From NCBI GenBank assembly GCA_963845245.1, contig CAWJRJ010000018.1:128001-192000 (forward strand): a stretch of DNA of 64,000 nucleotides, read 5' to 3'. The notes under the pieces are model-generated. The model was given only the letters and a program-made list of their open reading frames with translations. It had not been told where the DNA came from and searched no databases. This document shows positions 1 to 13,163 of this stretch, one piece after another. The position numbers were made by a program, and so were the translations under genes. The DNA comes from Nitrospirota bacterium. GTDB taxonomy: Bacteria; Nitrospirota; JACRHJ01. Every line of letters begins with the position of its first letter. Positions within the stretch are counted from its first letter, which is position 1.

Positions 1-1527
1 GCCTACCTCAAACAGGTCCTTAGCTTCCTTACCAAAAACCGCGTACTGGCCTTGCTCCTCGGGACGGTCATCACCGTGCTCACTCAGTCGTCGAGCGCGA
101 CCACGGTAATGCTTGTCGGTTTCGTCAATTCCGGGATCATGCAGTTCTCCCAGACGCTCGGGGTGATCCTCGGTGCGGACATCGGGACGACCGTTACTGT
201 CCAGATACTTGCCTTCAACGTACTAGACTACTCCATACTGCTTATAGGTCTTGGCCTGCTTGCGATGTATGCGGGCAAGAGAAGGATGTGGAAGGACCTG
301 GGGCAGGCCATACTTGGCTTCGGCTTCATATTCCTTTCGATGAAGATAATGTCCGACTCCATGCTCCCGCTCAAGGACAGCGAGACGTTCAAGCTCCTCC
401 TCGTCCTGCTCCGCGACAACCCCATCATGGGGATAGTCGTTGCCGCCATATTCACGGCTGTCGTGCATTCGAGCGCGGCCACGATCGGTGTGGCACTCTC
501 GCTGGCGTCTCAGGGGCTTATAGACCTGCCTCAGGCCATACCAATAATATTCGGGGCTAACATCGGGACATGTGCAACCGCGCTTATAGTCGGTTTTTCA
601 GGCTCCACAGAGGCCAAAAGGGTAGCATACGCGCACACGCTTTTCAAACTGCTTGGGGTGGCGATCTTCCTTCCCTTTGTCGGCCAGCTGGCCGGGCTGG
701 TCGAAAGCACATCATCAAGCCCGGTGCGCCAGATTGCTAATGCCCACACCTTCTTCAACGCTGCCCTTGCGGTGATATTCCTCCCCTTTACCGGTATAGT
801 CGCCCGTTTTCTCGAAAAGGCCGTGGTGGAGGAAAAGACGCCGGACACCATGGAGCCGAGGTATCTTGATGAGGGCGTGTTGTCCACCCCTTCGCTTGCC
901 ATCTCGCAGGCGGCACGCGAGGTTTTGCGTATGGCGGATATCGTGCAGGAGATGCTGGTCGGCACGATAAAGGCCGTACAGGAGGATGACGAGAAGTTCG
1001 TCGAGGAAATTGAGAACATGGACGACCGGGTTGACAAGCTTGACCGCGGCATAAGGTTCTACCTGGCGAAACTTACCGGACTGAGCGAAGACCTCTCAAG
1101 TCGGGAGATCAACCTGATCTCCATCACCTCCGACCTGGAGAACATCGGCGATATAATAGACAAGAACATTATGGCGCTTGCCAAAAAGAGGATAAAAAAC
1201 AGACTGAACTTCTCCAAAGAAGGAATAATAGAAATAAGGGATTTCCATCACAAAATCATGGAGAATTTTGCGCTGGCCGTAGCAGCCTTTACATCGAACG
1301 ATCTAGACCTGGCGGAGCGGGTCATGAAGAACAAGGACCGCATACTTGAGCTTGAGAGGGAGTATCGGAACGCTCATCTGGAGAGGCTCAGGCAGGGTCT
1401 GCGGGAATCGTTTGAGACGAGCGCCATACACCTTGACCTGCTCTCAAACATCGAGCGCATCAATTCGCATATCACGCACATAGCATATACCCTTATAGAA
1501 AAGCCCGGTCCGGCCCTCAAGCCCTAG
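1..1527 (+). CDS. Na+/Pi cotransporter family protein with C-terminal PhoU-like domain (5' end runs off window)
   Basis: Two QSSSAT/HSSAAT...GADIGT/GANIGT repeats in a hydrophobic region, then a helical PhoU-like tail (SDLENIGD, NIERINSH). Confidence 0.9.
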   Translation, partial: AYLKQVLSFLTKNRVLALLLGTVITVLTQSSSATTVMLVGFVNSGIMQFSQTLGVILGADIGTTVTVQILAFNVLDYSILLIGLGLLAMYAGKRRMWKDLGQAILGFGFIFLSMKIMSDSMLPLKDSETFKLLLVLLRDNPIMGIVVAAIFTAVVHSSAATIGVALSLASQGLIDLPQAIPIIFGANIGTCATALIVGFSGSTEAKRVAYAHTLFKLLGVAIFLPFVGQLAGLVESTSSSPVRQIANAHTFFNAALAVIFLPFTGIVARFLEKAVVEEKTPDTMEPRYLDEGVLSTPSLAISQAAREVLRMADIVQEMLVGTIKAVQEDDEKFVEEIENMDDRVDKLDRGIRFYLAKLTGLSEDLSSREINLISITSDLENIGDIIDKNIMALAKKRIKNRLNFSKEGIIEIRDFHHKIMENFALAVAAFTSNDLDLAERVMKNKDRILELEREYRNAHLERLRQGLRESFETSAIHLDLLSNIERINSHITHIAYTLIEKPGPALKP

Positions 1528-1574
1528 TTAATCGCTTATATTTTGGTTTGCCGGTCCGTCCGCCTAAATTCTTC

Positions 1575-1603
1575 TTTACATAACTTCCCGTTATTGTTAT
1601 AAT
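1575..1603 (+). promoter_or_regulatory. sigma70-type promoter for ribBA operon
   Basis: TTTACA-17 bp-TATAAT with extended TG. Confidence 0.65.
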
Positions 1604-1661
1604 TCACCCTCTTGGGGGTCTTTTTGATTTATTTTCAGCGACTTAAAGGAAGGTTCTTTTA

Positions 1662-2877
1662 ATGCGGAGCAAGTACAAGTTCGACACCATAGAAGATGCT
1701 ATACAGGATATCAAAGACGGCAAAATGATCATCCTGGTGGATGACGAGGACCGTGAGAACGAGGGCGACCTCACCATGGCGGCCGAGAAGGTTACCCCGG
1801 AGGCCATTAATTTCATGGCGAAATACGGCAGGGGCCTTATCTGCCTGTCTATGACACCCGAGAAGTGTGACGAGCTTCAGCTCCCGATGATGGCGACCAA
1901 GAACACCTCATCATTCGGCACGGGTTTTACCGTGTCCATAGAGGCCAAAAAGGGCGTCACTACCGGCATATCCGCCGCTGACAGGGCTACAACCATCCTT
2001 ACCGCGGTCAACCCGAAATGCATACCGGAAGACCTTGCGCGACCCGGGCACATATTCCCGCTCAGGGCCAAGAAGGGCGGCGTGCTGAAGAGGGCAGGGC
2101 AGACCGAAGGGTCCGTCGACCTTGCGCGTCTTGCCGGCCTCACCCCGGCGGGCGTGATCTGTGAGATAATGAACGAGGACGGCACGATGTCGAGGGTGCC
2201 CGAGCTTCTCGAATTCGCAAAAGAACACAAGATGAAGATGGTTACTATAAAGGCGCTCATCGAGCACCGGATGAGGCGCGAGTCTTTCGTCCGAAGGGCC
2301 GCCCAGACAGTCCTGCCCACGGAATACGGTGAGTTCACCGCTATCGCTTATGAAAACGACATGGACGAGTTCAACCACGTCGCACTGGTTAAGGGCGATA
2401 TAAGCCATGAAGACGATGTGCTTGGTGCGCGTACACTCCGAATGCCTGACTGGCGACGTACTGCATTCGCTCCGTTGCGACTGCGGCGACCAGCTCCACA
2501 AGGCGATGGAGATGATAGAGCAGGAAGGCAAGGGCGTTATCCTCTACATGAGGCAGGAAGGGCGCGGCATAGGACTTGTGAACAAGCTGAAGGCCTACGA
2601 GCTTCAGGACAAGGGGCTTGACACCGTCGAGGCCAACATCGAACTGGGATTCAAGGCTGACCTGCGCGACTACGGCGTAGGGGCGCAGATACTTGTTGAC
2701 CTTGGGGTAAAGAAGATGAGGCTGATGACAAACAACCCCAGGAAGATCGTCGGCCTGGAGGGCTACGGCCTGAAGGTAACCGGCCGAGTGCCGATCGAGA
2801 TCCCGGCAGGGGCAAAAAACCTCAAATACCTGACGACAAAGAAGCAGAAACTCGGACATATACTTGAGAATGTCTAA
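1662..2877 (+). CDS. ribBA: Bifunctional DHBP synthase / GTP cyclohydrolase II (one frameshift near 2400-2425)
   Basis: [11 protein letters not shown] and RPGHIFPL in ORF 1662..2621; [10 protein letters not shown]...RCDCG...QEGRGIGL in ORF 2407..2877. Confidence 0.95.
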
Positions 2878-2891
2878 AAAGGAGGCATCAA

Positions 2892-3359
2892 ATGCCTAAA
2901 CAGATCCAGGGCACACTGAACGTCAAGGGCCAGAAGTTCTGCATCCTTGTATCGCGTTTCAACGACTTTATCACCTCAAGGCTTCTGGACGGCGCGGTCG
3001 ACGGGCTTGTCAGAAACGGCGCGCGTGACGAGGACATTACCGTAATAAGGGTGCCGGGCGCATTCGAGATACCGGCAGTCGCGAAAAGGGCGGCACTGGG
3101 CAAGAAGTACGACGCGGTCATCTGTCTGGGCGCGGTGATACGTGGCTCGACGCCCCACTTCGATTATGTCAGCTCAGAGGTATCGAAGGGTGTGGCGGCA
3201 GTCAGCATGGAGGCGGACGTCCCGGTCATCTTCGGCGTCCTGACGACGGATTCGATAGAACAGGCCATTGAGCGCGCGGGCACAAAGTCCGGCAACAAAG
3301 GCTTCGATGCAGCCATGTCAGCAATCGAGATGGTAAACCTTTACAAATCGCTTAAATAA
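2892..3359 (+). CDS. ribH: 6,7-dimethyl-8-ribityllumazine synthase
   Basis: [39 protein letters not shown]. Confidence 0.97.
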   Translation: MPKQIQGTLNVKGQKFCILVSRFNDFITSRLLDGAVDGLVRNGARDEDITVIRVPGAFEIPAVAKRAALGKKYDAVICLGAVIRGSTPHFDYVSSEVSKGVAAVSMEADVPVIFGVLTTDSIEQAIERAGTKSGNKGFDAAMSAIEMVNLYKSLK

Positions 3360-3382
3360 TAGTTCGCAGAAAAGCAGGGTCA

Positions 3383-3797
3383 ATGGGAAGCCGTAGAAAG
3401 GCAAGGGAACTGGCGCTCCAGTTTCTGTATAAGGTGGACGTCTCCGGCGGGAAGGCGGATAATTTTGAGATAGTGACATTTCTGCACGATTTCGGCGGCA
3501 AGGACGAGGACACGGATTACGCGGTAATCCTTATAGAGAACTCGCTTGTCACATTTGCCGGAGATTGACGCCTCGATAACCGCCCACCTTGAGAACTGGA
3601 CCCTAGACAGGCTTTCCAGCATAGACAGGAACATACTCCGTTTCGCAACCTGCGAGCTGCTCTATTTTCTGGACATACCCCTTAACGTGACGATAAACGA
3701 GGCGATAGAGATAGCCAAGAAGTTCAGCCTTGAAGAGTCGGCGACGTTCATAAACGGTGTCCTGGACAAGATAGCTAAAAACGACAAGGAAGGTTAA
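3383..3797 (+). CDS. nusB: Transcription antitermination factor NusB (frameshift near 3550)
   Basis: RRKARELALQFLY; W.LDRL..IDRNILR; INEAIEIAKKF; FINGVLD. Confidence 0.93.
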
Positions 3798-3803
3798 AGC
3801 GCA

Positions 3804-5104
3804 ATGATAGAAAGGTACTCCCGGCCTGAGATGGCTGCCGTCTGGTCCCAGCAAAACAGGTACTGCCAAGTGGCTTCAGGTCGAGATCCTGGCCTGCGAG
3901 GCCTGGGCGAAGCTGGGCTTTATCCCGGCCGAAGCGGTAAAGAACATAAAGAAGAAGGCCGAGTTTGAGCCCGCCCGCGTGGACGAGATCGAGCTGGTGG
4001 TAAAGCACGACGTCATCGCATTCCTGACAAACGTTGCCGAGCACGTCGGTGACGATGCCCGCTTCATACACGTGGGCCTGACCTCCTCGGACGTCCTGGA
4101 CACCGCGCTTGCCATCCAGATGAAAGAGGCGGCGGACATCATAATAAAGGATATAAACAACCTCCTTGAGGTCCTGAAGGTTAGGGCCATGGAGCACAAG
4201 GACACGGTGATGGTCGGCCGTTCGCACGGCATACACGCCGAGCCTGTCACCTTCGGCCTGAAGATGGCGCTCTGGTACGACGAGATGAAGAGGAACCTTA
4301 AAAGGGTCGAAGAGGCCCGCGAGGTTGCCGCCTACGGCAAGATATCTGGAGCTGTCGGGACGTTCGCGAACGTCGACCCGTTTGTCGAGGAGTACGTCTG
4401 CAAGAAGGCCGGGCTGAAACCCGCGCCGGTCTCCACCCAGATCGTCCAGCGTGACCGCCACGCGCAGTTCATGACCGCGCTTGCGATGGTCGCGTCTTCG
4501 CTTGAGAAGTTCTCCATAGAGATAAGGCACCTCCAGCGCACTGAGGTATACGAGGCGGAGGAATATTTCTCAAAGGGCCAGAAGGGCTCGTCCGCCATGC
4601 CGCACAAGCGTAACCCCATAGCCACTGAGAACATCTCCGGGCTTTCGAGGGTGGTCAGGGCAAACGCGCTTGCGGCGTTCGAGAACATAGCGCTCTGGCA
4701 CGAACGCGACATCAGCCATTCATCGGTGGAGCGTGTCATAATACCGGACAGCACGATACTAGTCGACTACATGCTGAACCGTTTCACCGGCATAATAAAG
4801 AACCTGCTCGTATACCCGAAGAACATGATGGCCAACCTCAACAAGATGAACGGCCTCATCCACTCGCAGAGGGTGCTGCTGGCGCTTGCCGGAAAAGGGC
4901 TCTCCCGCGAGGACGCGTACCGGCTGGTCCAGAAAAACGCCATGGAGGTATGGGAGCACGGCAAGGATTTCAGCAAGCTCCTGAAGGCCGACAAGGAGAT
5001 CCGGAAGGCGATGAGCGCGGCCGAGATAGACGAATGCTTCTCGCTTGGAGTACCATACGAAGAACGTGGATTACATATTCAAGAGGGTTTTCGGGAAAGT
5101 CTGA
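3804..5104 (+). CDS. purB: Adenylosuccinate lyase (frameshifts near 3860 and 5048)
   Basis: MIERYSRPEM start; HDVIAF, GLTSSD, GSSAMPHKRNP signature. Confidence 0.95.
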
Positions 5105-5129
5105 GTAAGCTTTACCTGCGGAGAGCGGT

Positions 5130-6194
5130 ATGACGGCTGACCAATTTGCGGACATCATGAAGGACTTGCTTGTTTCGATCGGCATAGTTGCCGGATTCTA
5201 TATAGCGGGCAAGGGGCTTATCTTCATAATCGACCGCTTTGTAAGAAAGCTCACCGAAAAGACCGCCACACAGCTTGACGACATGCTTCTGGCGGTGGTT
5301 GAGAAGCCCGCATTCTGGCTTATTATGCTCTGGGGCGTTTATGTCGCCCTGCACCGTCTCAGCATAGAATTTGCCAGAAGGTTCTTTGACATCGCCGACA
5401 AAGTGGTATTTATTATCGCCGTCGCCTTTGTCGTAAAGGTCGTATATGACGTCGTCAACACCATTATCGACTGGTACGGCATCACGATGGCCGAGAGGGG
5501 CCAGGATGGGCTGGGCAAGTCCATACTTCCGCTCCTCAAAAAGCTCGTAAAAATATTCGCAATACTCTCCGGCCTGATAGTAGTACTCGACCACTTCAGC
5601 TACAACATATCTTCACTCGTCGCGGCCCTGGGTGTCTCGTCCCTTGCTATAGGACTTGCCGCAAAAGAGACCCTGTCCAATATGATATCCGGGTTCACCA
5701 TCGTTGCCGACAGGCCGTTTCGGATAGGCGACAGGATAGAGGTGGACGGCAAGGTTGGCGACATAGTGGAGATAGGCCTCAGAAGCACGAGGATGCGCAC
5801 CATTGACAATACCGTCGTGATAATACCCAACGCCAAGCTGGTGGAGAACGTCGTATTGAACTACGCATATCCGGAGAACAGCCTTGCCGGGTTTTTCAAG
5901 GTGGGCGTGGAATATGGCACGCCGGTGGAAAAGGTGCGCGAGGCTTTGCTTGAGGTGGCCGGAGAAATACCTGAGATAATGAACGACCCGGCCCCAGAGG
6001 TGCTGTTTATAGAGCACGCGGATTCCGCCCTTGTGTTCCAGCTCGTGTACCGCGTACCGGAATACAGGCTGAAGTGGCCGGTCATAGATAAGTTGAACAC
6101 GGCGGTTAACCGCCGCTTTGCGGAGGAAGGCATAAACTTCGCCTATCCGACGCAAACCATGTATCTGCGCAAGCTTGATGACGCAACCGTTTAG
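5130..6194 (+). CDS. Small-conductance mechanosensitive channel (MscS family)
   Basis: TM helices, LAIGLAAKETLSN, RPFRIGD, IGLRSTR, IPN, GINFAYP. Confidence 0.92.
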   Translation: MTADQFADIMKDLLVSIGIVAGFYIAGKGLIFIIDRFVRKLTEKTATQLDDMLLAVVEKPAFWLIMLWGVYVALHRLSIEFARRFFDIADKVVFIIAVAFVVKVVYDVVNTIIDWYGITMAERGQDGLGKSILPLLKKLVKIFAILSGLIVVLDHFSYNISSLVAALGVSSLAIGLAAKETLSNMISGFTIVADRPFRIGDRIEVDGKVGDIVEIGLRSTRMRTIDNTVVIIPNAKLVENVVLNYAYPENSLAGFFKVGVEYGTPVEKVREALLEVAGEIPEIMNDPAPEVLFIEHADSALVFQLVYRVPEYRLKWPVIDKLNTAVNRRFAEEGINFAYPTQTMYLRKLDDATV

Positions 6195-6217
6195 ACATAT
6201 AAAACAGGAGAGGTTCC

Positions 6218-6940
6218 ATGAAGGTTAAAAAAGGCAGGATGATCTACGAAGGCAAGGCCAAGAGGATATACAAGACGGACAACCCGGACCTCTTCATCCA
6301 GCATTTCAAGGATGACGCGACGGCATTCAACGCAAAGAAGCGCGGCACCATAGTAAACAAGGGTATCATGAACAACAAGATATCCGAGCACCTCTTCAAC
6401 CTCCTTGAGTCGGAGGGCGTGCGCACCCATTTCGTGGAACGCTTAAACGACCGGGACATGCTGGTCAAGAAGCTGGACATTGTACCGGTCGAGGTCGTCA
6501 TCCGTAACCTCATCGCCGGCAGCATGTCCAAGAGGCTGGGTATAGAAGAGGGCACGAAGGCCAAGAAGCCGATACTGGAGTTCTACTACAAGGCCGACGC
6601 CCTGGACGACCCGCTGATAAACGACGATACCGCGATTGCGCTTGGCTGGGCGACCGCATCGGAGCTGACCAAGATAAGGACGATGGCGACCAAGGTAAAC
6701 CAGGTGCTTACCAAGTTCTTCAACAAGCGCGGGCTGATACTCGTGGACTTCAAGCTTGAGTTCGGCAGGCACAAGGGCAGGATACTCCTCGGAGACGAGA
6801 TATGCCCCGACACTTGCAGGCTATGGGACAAGAAGACGATGGAGAAGATGGACAAGGACCGTTTCCGCCGCGACCTCGGCAACGTTGAAGAGGCGTACCA
6901 GGAAGTCTGCAAGCGGGTCTGCGAAGTAATTTTATCGTAG
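6218..6940 (+). CDS. purC: SAICAR synthetase
   Basis: YEGKAK, FKDDATAF, LVDFKLEFG, DEICPDTCRLWD, DKDRFR. Confidence 0.97.
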   Translation: MKVKKGRMIYEGKAKRIYKTDNPDLFIQHFKDDATAFNAKKRGTIVNKGIMNNKISEHLFNLLESEGVRTHFVERLNDRDMLVKKLDIVPVEVVIRNLIAGSMSKRLGIEEGTKAKKPILEFYYKADALDDPLINDDTAIALGWATASELTKIRTMATKVNQVLTKFFNKRGLILVDFKLEFGRHKGRILLGDEICPDTCRLWDKKTMEKMDKDRFRRDLGNVEEAYQEVCKRVCEVILS

Positions 6941-6963
6941 GGGCCGTACCCTCGCGTCGGCCC
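6937..6963 (+). repeat. GTAG-type REP-like palindrome; its TAG is the purC stop codon
   Basis: GTAGGGGCCGTACCCTCGCGTCGGCCC; close relative of the reverse-strand copy at 13121..13146. Confidence 0.7.
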
Positions 6964-6984
6964 ATCTATTACATAGAGGATAAT

Positions 6985-7227
6985 ATGCTTAATGCCAAGG
7001 TTTATGTAACGTTGAAAAAAGGGGTGCTCGACCCGCAGGGCAAGGCCGTCCAGCACTCGCTGGGCTCGCTGGGCTACAACAGCGTCGAGGACGTCAGGCT
7101 CGGCAAGTACGTCGAGGTGAAGCTGAACGAGACGGACAAGGAGAAGGCCAAGGTCATGCTCACGGAGATGTGCGAGAAGCTCATCGCCAATACCGTCATT
7201 GAGGACTTCCGTTTCGATATAGAGTAA
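6985..7227 (+). CDS. purS: FGAM synthase subunit PurS
   Basis: VTLKKGVLDPQG...LIANTVIEDF. Confidence 0.96.
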   Translation: MLNAKVYVTLKKGVLDPQGKAVQHSLGSLGYNSVEDVRLGKYVEVKLNETDKEKAKVMLTEMCEKLIANTVIEDFRFDIE

Positions 7228-7243
7228 GTAGGGAGGATTTTAC

Positions 7244-7988
7244 ATGAGGTTCGGGGTTCTCGTTTTTCCGGGTTCCAACTGCGACCACGACTGCTACCAT
7301 GCAATGAAGCACGTGTTGGGGCAGGAGGTTGATTTTATATGGCACAAAGAGGAATCCTTTAAGGTCAAGTACGACGGCATAATCGTACCCGGCGGCTTCT
7401 CCTACGGCGACTACCTTCGCTGCGGCGCAATAGCGCGTTTCTCGCCGGTGATGAAGGCGGTCGAGACGTTCGCCAAGGGCGGCGGCATGGTCATCGGCAT
7501 CTGCAACGGATTCCAGATACTGCTTGAGGCAGGTCTTCTGCCGGGCGCGATGCTTCGTAACAAGTCGCTCAAGTTCATATGCAAGGACATATACCTCCGG
7601 GTGGAGTCCGACCAGACGCCGTTCACCAGAAACTGCAATCCTGGCAATGTGCTGAGGGTGCCTATCGCGCATGCCGAGGGCAACTACTACGCAGACCCCG
7701 AGACGCTTGCGATGCTGAACGAGGAAAAGCAGATAATATTCCGTTACTGCGACAAGGACGGAAACGTGACGCCCGAGGCAAACCCGAACGGCGCATGCGA
7801 GAACATCGCGGGCATATGCAACAAGGGCCGAAACGTCCTTGGCATGATGCCGCACCCCGAACGCGCCTCCGAGGCGATACTCGGCAATACCGACGGGAAA
7901 TTCATACTTGCTTCCATGCTCTCGCACGCGGCGATATTCCAGGATTCGTGCCGCCTGCCGGGCTACACTCCAGTGGAGTTTAAAAAGA

Positions 7989-7996
<8 letters not shown>
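7244..7996 (+). CDS. purQ: FGAM synthase glutaminase subunit PurQ (exact C-terminus uncertain)
   Basis: [33 protein letters not shown]. Confidence 0.96.
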
Positions 7997-10234
<2,238 letters not shown>

Positions 10235-10253
10235 TTGCAGATCGAGGTTTTAA

Positions 10254-11669
10254 ATGTTTGGCGAGGACAAGTTCCATGACGAGTGCGGCATATTCGGGAT
10301 ATATGGTCATCCGGAAGCGGCCAACCTGACTTACTTGGGGCTTTACGCTCTCCAGCACCGCGGACAGGAAGGGGCGGGCATCGTCTCCTCCGACGGGAAG
10401 ACCCTCAGGATAAAAAAAGCGCTCGGCCTCGTAGCCGACATATTCACGGAAGAACGCATACACAAGCTGAAGGGCGACATGGCCATCGGCCATAACCGCT
10501 ACTCCACCACCGGCGCAAGCCGCCTCACCGAGAACGTCCAGCCGCTCCTCATCAACTACGGCCTCGGCTCGCTCGCGGTCGCACATAACGGCAACCTCAC
10601 CAACTACGGCGTGGTAAAGGACGAGCTTGAGGCATACGGCTCTATCTTCCATACCTCCATCGACAGCGAGCTAATCGTCCACCTGATAGCCCTGGCAAAG
10701 GGCGGCAAGCTGATGGACAGGGCCAGTGGAGGCACTGACGAGGATAGAGGGCGCGTACTCCCTGCTCATCATGAACGAGGATGAGATGATAGGCGTGCGC
10801 GACCCGCACGGGTTCAGGCCGCTGTGCCTCGGGATGCTGGACGGCGCATATGTGCTTTCGTCCGAGACCTGCGCGCTCGACCTTATCGAGGCGGAGTACA
10901 TACGCGACATCGAGCCGGGCGAGATGGTCGTCATAAACAGGGACGGGATAAAGTCCTACAAGCCCTTCCCGGACGCCAGGCAGTCCTGCTGCATCTTCGA
11001 GTATATCTATTTCGCAAGGCCGGACAGCAACATCTTCGGCGAGAACGTCAACTTCGTCAGGAAGATGATGGGCAGAAGGCTCGCCATCGAACACCCCGTC
11101 GAGGCCGATATCGTCGTGCCGGTGCCGGACTCGGGTGTGCCGGCCGCGATAGGCTTCTCCGAGCAGTCAGGCATTCCGTTCGACATCGGGCTGATAAGGA
11201 ACCACTACATCGGCCGCACGTTCATCGAGCCGCAGCAGAGCATCCGGCACTTCGGCGTGAAGATAAAGCTGAACCCGGTAAGGAAGCTCCTCGAAGGCAA
11301 GAGGGTGGTACTCGTGGACGACTCGATCGTGCGCGGCACCACAAGCCGCAAGCTTGTCAAAATGGTCCGACAGGCTGGCGCGAAAGAAGTGCATATGCGT
11401 ATATGCTCGCCTCCTACCGTATATCCTTGCTTTTATGGTATAGACACACCCACTCGACATGAGCTTATCGCCGCCACGCACACGCGTGGAAGAGATAAGG
11501 CGATACCTGACCGCTGACTCGCTTGGCTACATGTCACTTGGAGGGCGTGCTCGGCGTCATACCGGACTCGTTGAACAAGTTCTGCTCCGCGTGCTTTGAC
11601 GGCGACTATCCCGTGCCGTTCCCGGAAGACAGAAACGCAAACGCACAGCTCAAACTGTTCGAGAAGTAG
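10254..11669 (+). CDS. purF: Amidophosphoribosyltransferase (several frameshifts)
   Basis: [60 protein letters not shown]. Confidence 0.95.
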
Positions 11670-12496
11670 ATGGTATTCAGGGCTTTCAGTGTAGTCCTGC
11701 TTTTACTCTCCCTCAACTTCCTCTGGGGCATACACGCCCGTTAATTACTCCCTGACAACCCTTATTGTCTTCTGGCTGGTGCTGTCCTTTCGCGGCATGG
11801 CCTCCATGCGGAGCCAGGTCTTCGGCAGGGTGTACTGGCGCGGGAATGCGCCCCCACCCCCAGCCCCTCCCCCGCAGGTGGGGAGGGGAGCAGAAGCATT
11901 GCGTCGCGCTCACCTTCGACGACGGCCCGACCGAACCATCCACCGCACAGGTTCTGGACATCCTCAAGCGCCACGACATCAAGGCGACCTTCTTCGTAAT
12001 CGGCGACAACGTAAAGAAGTACCCGGAGCTTGCCAAGCAGGGCGCACGAGGAGGGCCACGAGCTTGCCAACCATTCGATGACCCACCCGTGGGTGTTCAA
12101 GATGCTGTTCCGCCGCATCCGCGAGGACATCGAGCTCTGCCAGGACGAGATAGAGAAGATAACCGGGTACAGGCCGCGCTTCTTCCGCCAGCCCGTCGGC
12201 CTCAACAACCCGAGCGTCATGAAGGTTATAGACGCGATGGGAATGGTTATGGTAGGATGGCAGGTCAGGGCGTACGACGCGGTGAAGCCGGATAAGGATA
12301 AGATTGTACAGGCGGATACTCGGCGGTGTGCGGCCCGGCGGGATAATACTCCTGCATGACGGCTGGGACGGGAAGACGATACCCGACCGCAGCGCGACGG
12401 TCGCGGCGCTTGGAGGAGATAATACCGGCGCTGAAAGCCAAAGGGTATGAGTTCAAGACGGTGAGCGAGTTATTGGGAGTGGAGAACAGGCAATAA
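11670..12496 (+). CDS. Membrane-anchored NodB-type polysaccharide deacetylase (frameshifted; contains REP insertion)
   Basis: N-terminal TM; VALTFDDGP, KATFFVIG, GHELANHSMTHP, FFRQPVG, ILLHDG across frames. Confidence 0.85.
11851..11890 (+). repeat. GC-rich REP-like hairpin inside the deacetylase CDS
   Basis: CCCCTCCCC-CGCAGGT-GGGGAGGGG; 23 bp (11865..11887) identical to the reverse complement of 56744..56766. Confidence 0.8.
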
Positions 12497-12517
12497 TTTC
12501 TGCATATCGAGGGCAAA

Positions 12518-13100
12518 ATGAATTAGTAGGCCTAAAAGTCTGGTTGGTTCTACCCTGATATTTGTACTTTTGTTTAATGGGATTTGTTTTGCCAACTGAG
12601 CGTCAGAAATAGTAATAGAAATATTATACTGCCGACTTATCAAAGGAGCAAGGCTGTTTAGTGTACGGATTTGCCGAGATAGATAAATATGTTTCATGGG
12701 ATGTCGAACCTGGATGGGATACTGCTATGATTGTAGGACAAAGTAAGATTATGTCGAACCAAATTTATACATAAAGATAAGTGCCTTGTCGAAGTTAGGT
12801 ACCATGTAATTGGAAGATATGATGGGGGAGAAGGTTTATTCGTCGGATGATTATACTAAGGTTATTAATTTTCTCGTAGTGAAAGCATAATAAGGACTGG
12901 AAAATAGAACAGCCCGTTTTCCCGCCACATATATCTGCCTGAAACTGCCATTGAGCATACACAGTCATTGTCTAAAGGATTTCGTTGGATACGGATAAAG
13001 AACGAATACCAGCTCTGCAAAGAACAATAGAAAATTTAAAAACGGAGATAAAGGTTAACAAGAAGAACAAATCGTCAATGTGGTTTGATGGCTCTGATTT
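12518..13100 (+). pseudogene. AT-rich, multiply frameshifted gene for a small secreted hypothetical protein
   Basis: Signal-peptide-like SRPKSLVGSTLIFVLLFNGICFA, then protein-like fragments in shifting frames (e.g. VSWDVEPGWDTAMIVG); end approximate. Confidence 0.4.
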
Positions 13101-13120
13101 TAAAAAATAATTAAAATGCT

Positions 13121-13146
13121 GGGCCGACACACGGGTCGGCCCCTAC
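13121..13146 (-). repeat. GTAG-type REP-like palindrome
   Basis: Reverse complement reads GTAGGGGCCGACCCGTGTGTCGGCCC. Confidence 0.75.
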
Positions 13147-13163
13147 AAGTGGCAGAATATAAT

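Noticed and set aside
1528..1661. FMN riboswitch upstream of ribBA
   Set aside because: The leader is only about 50 nt after the predicted promoter and lacks the conserved RFN sequences
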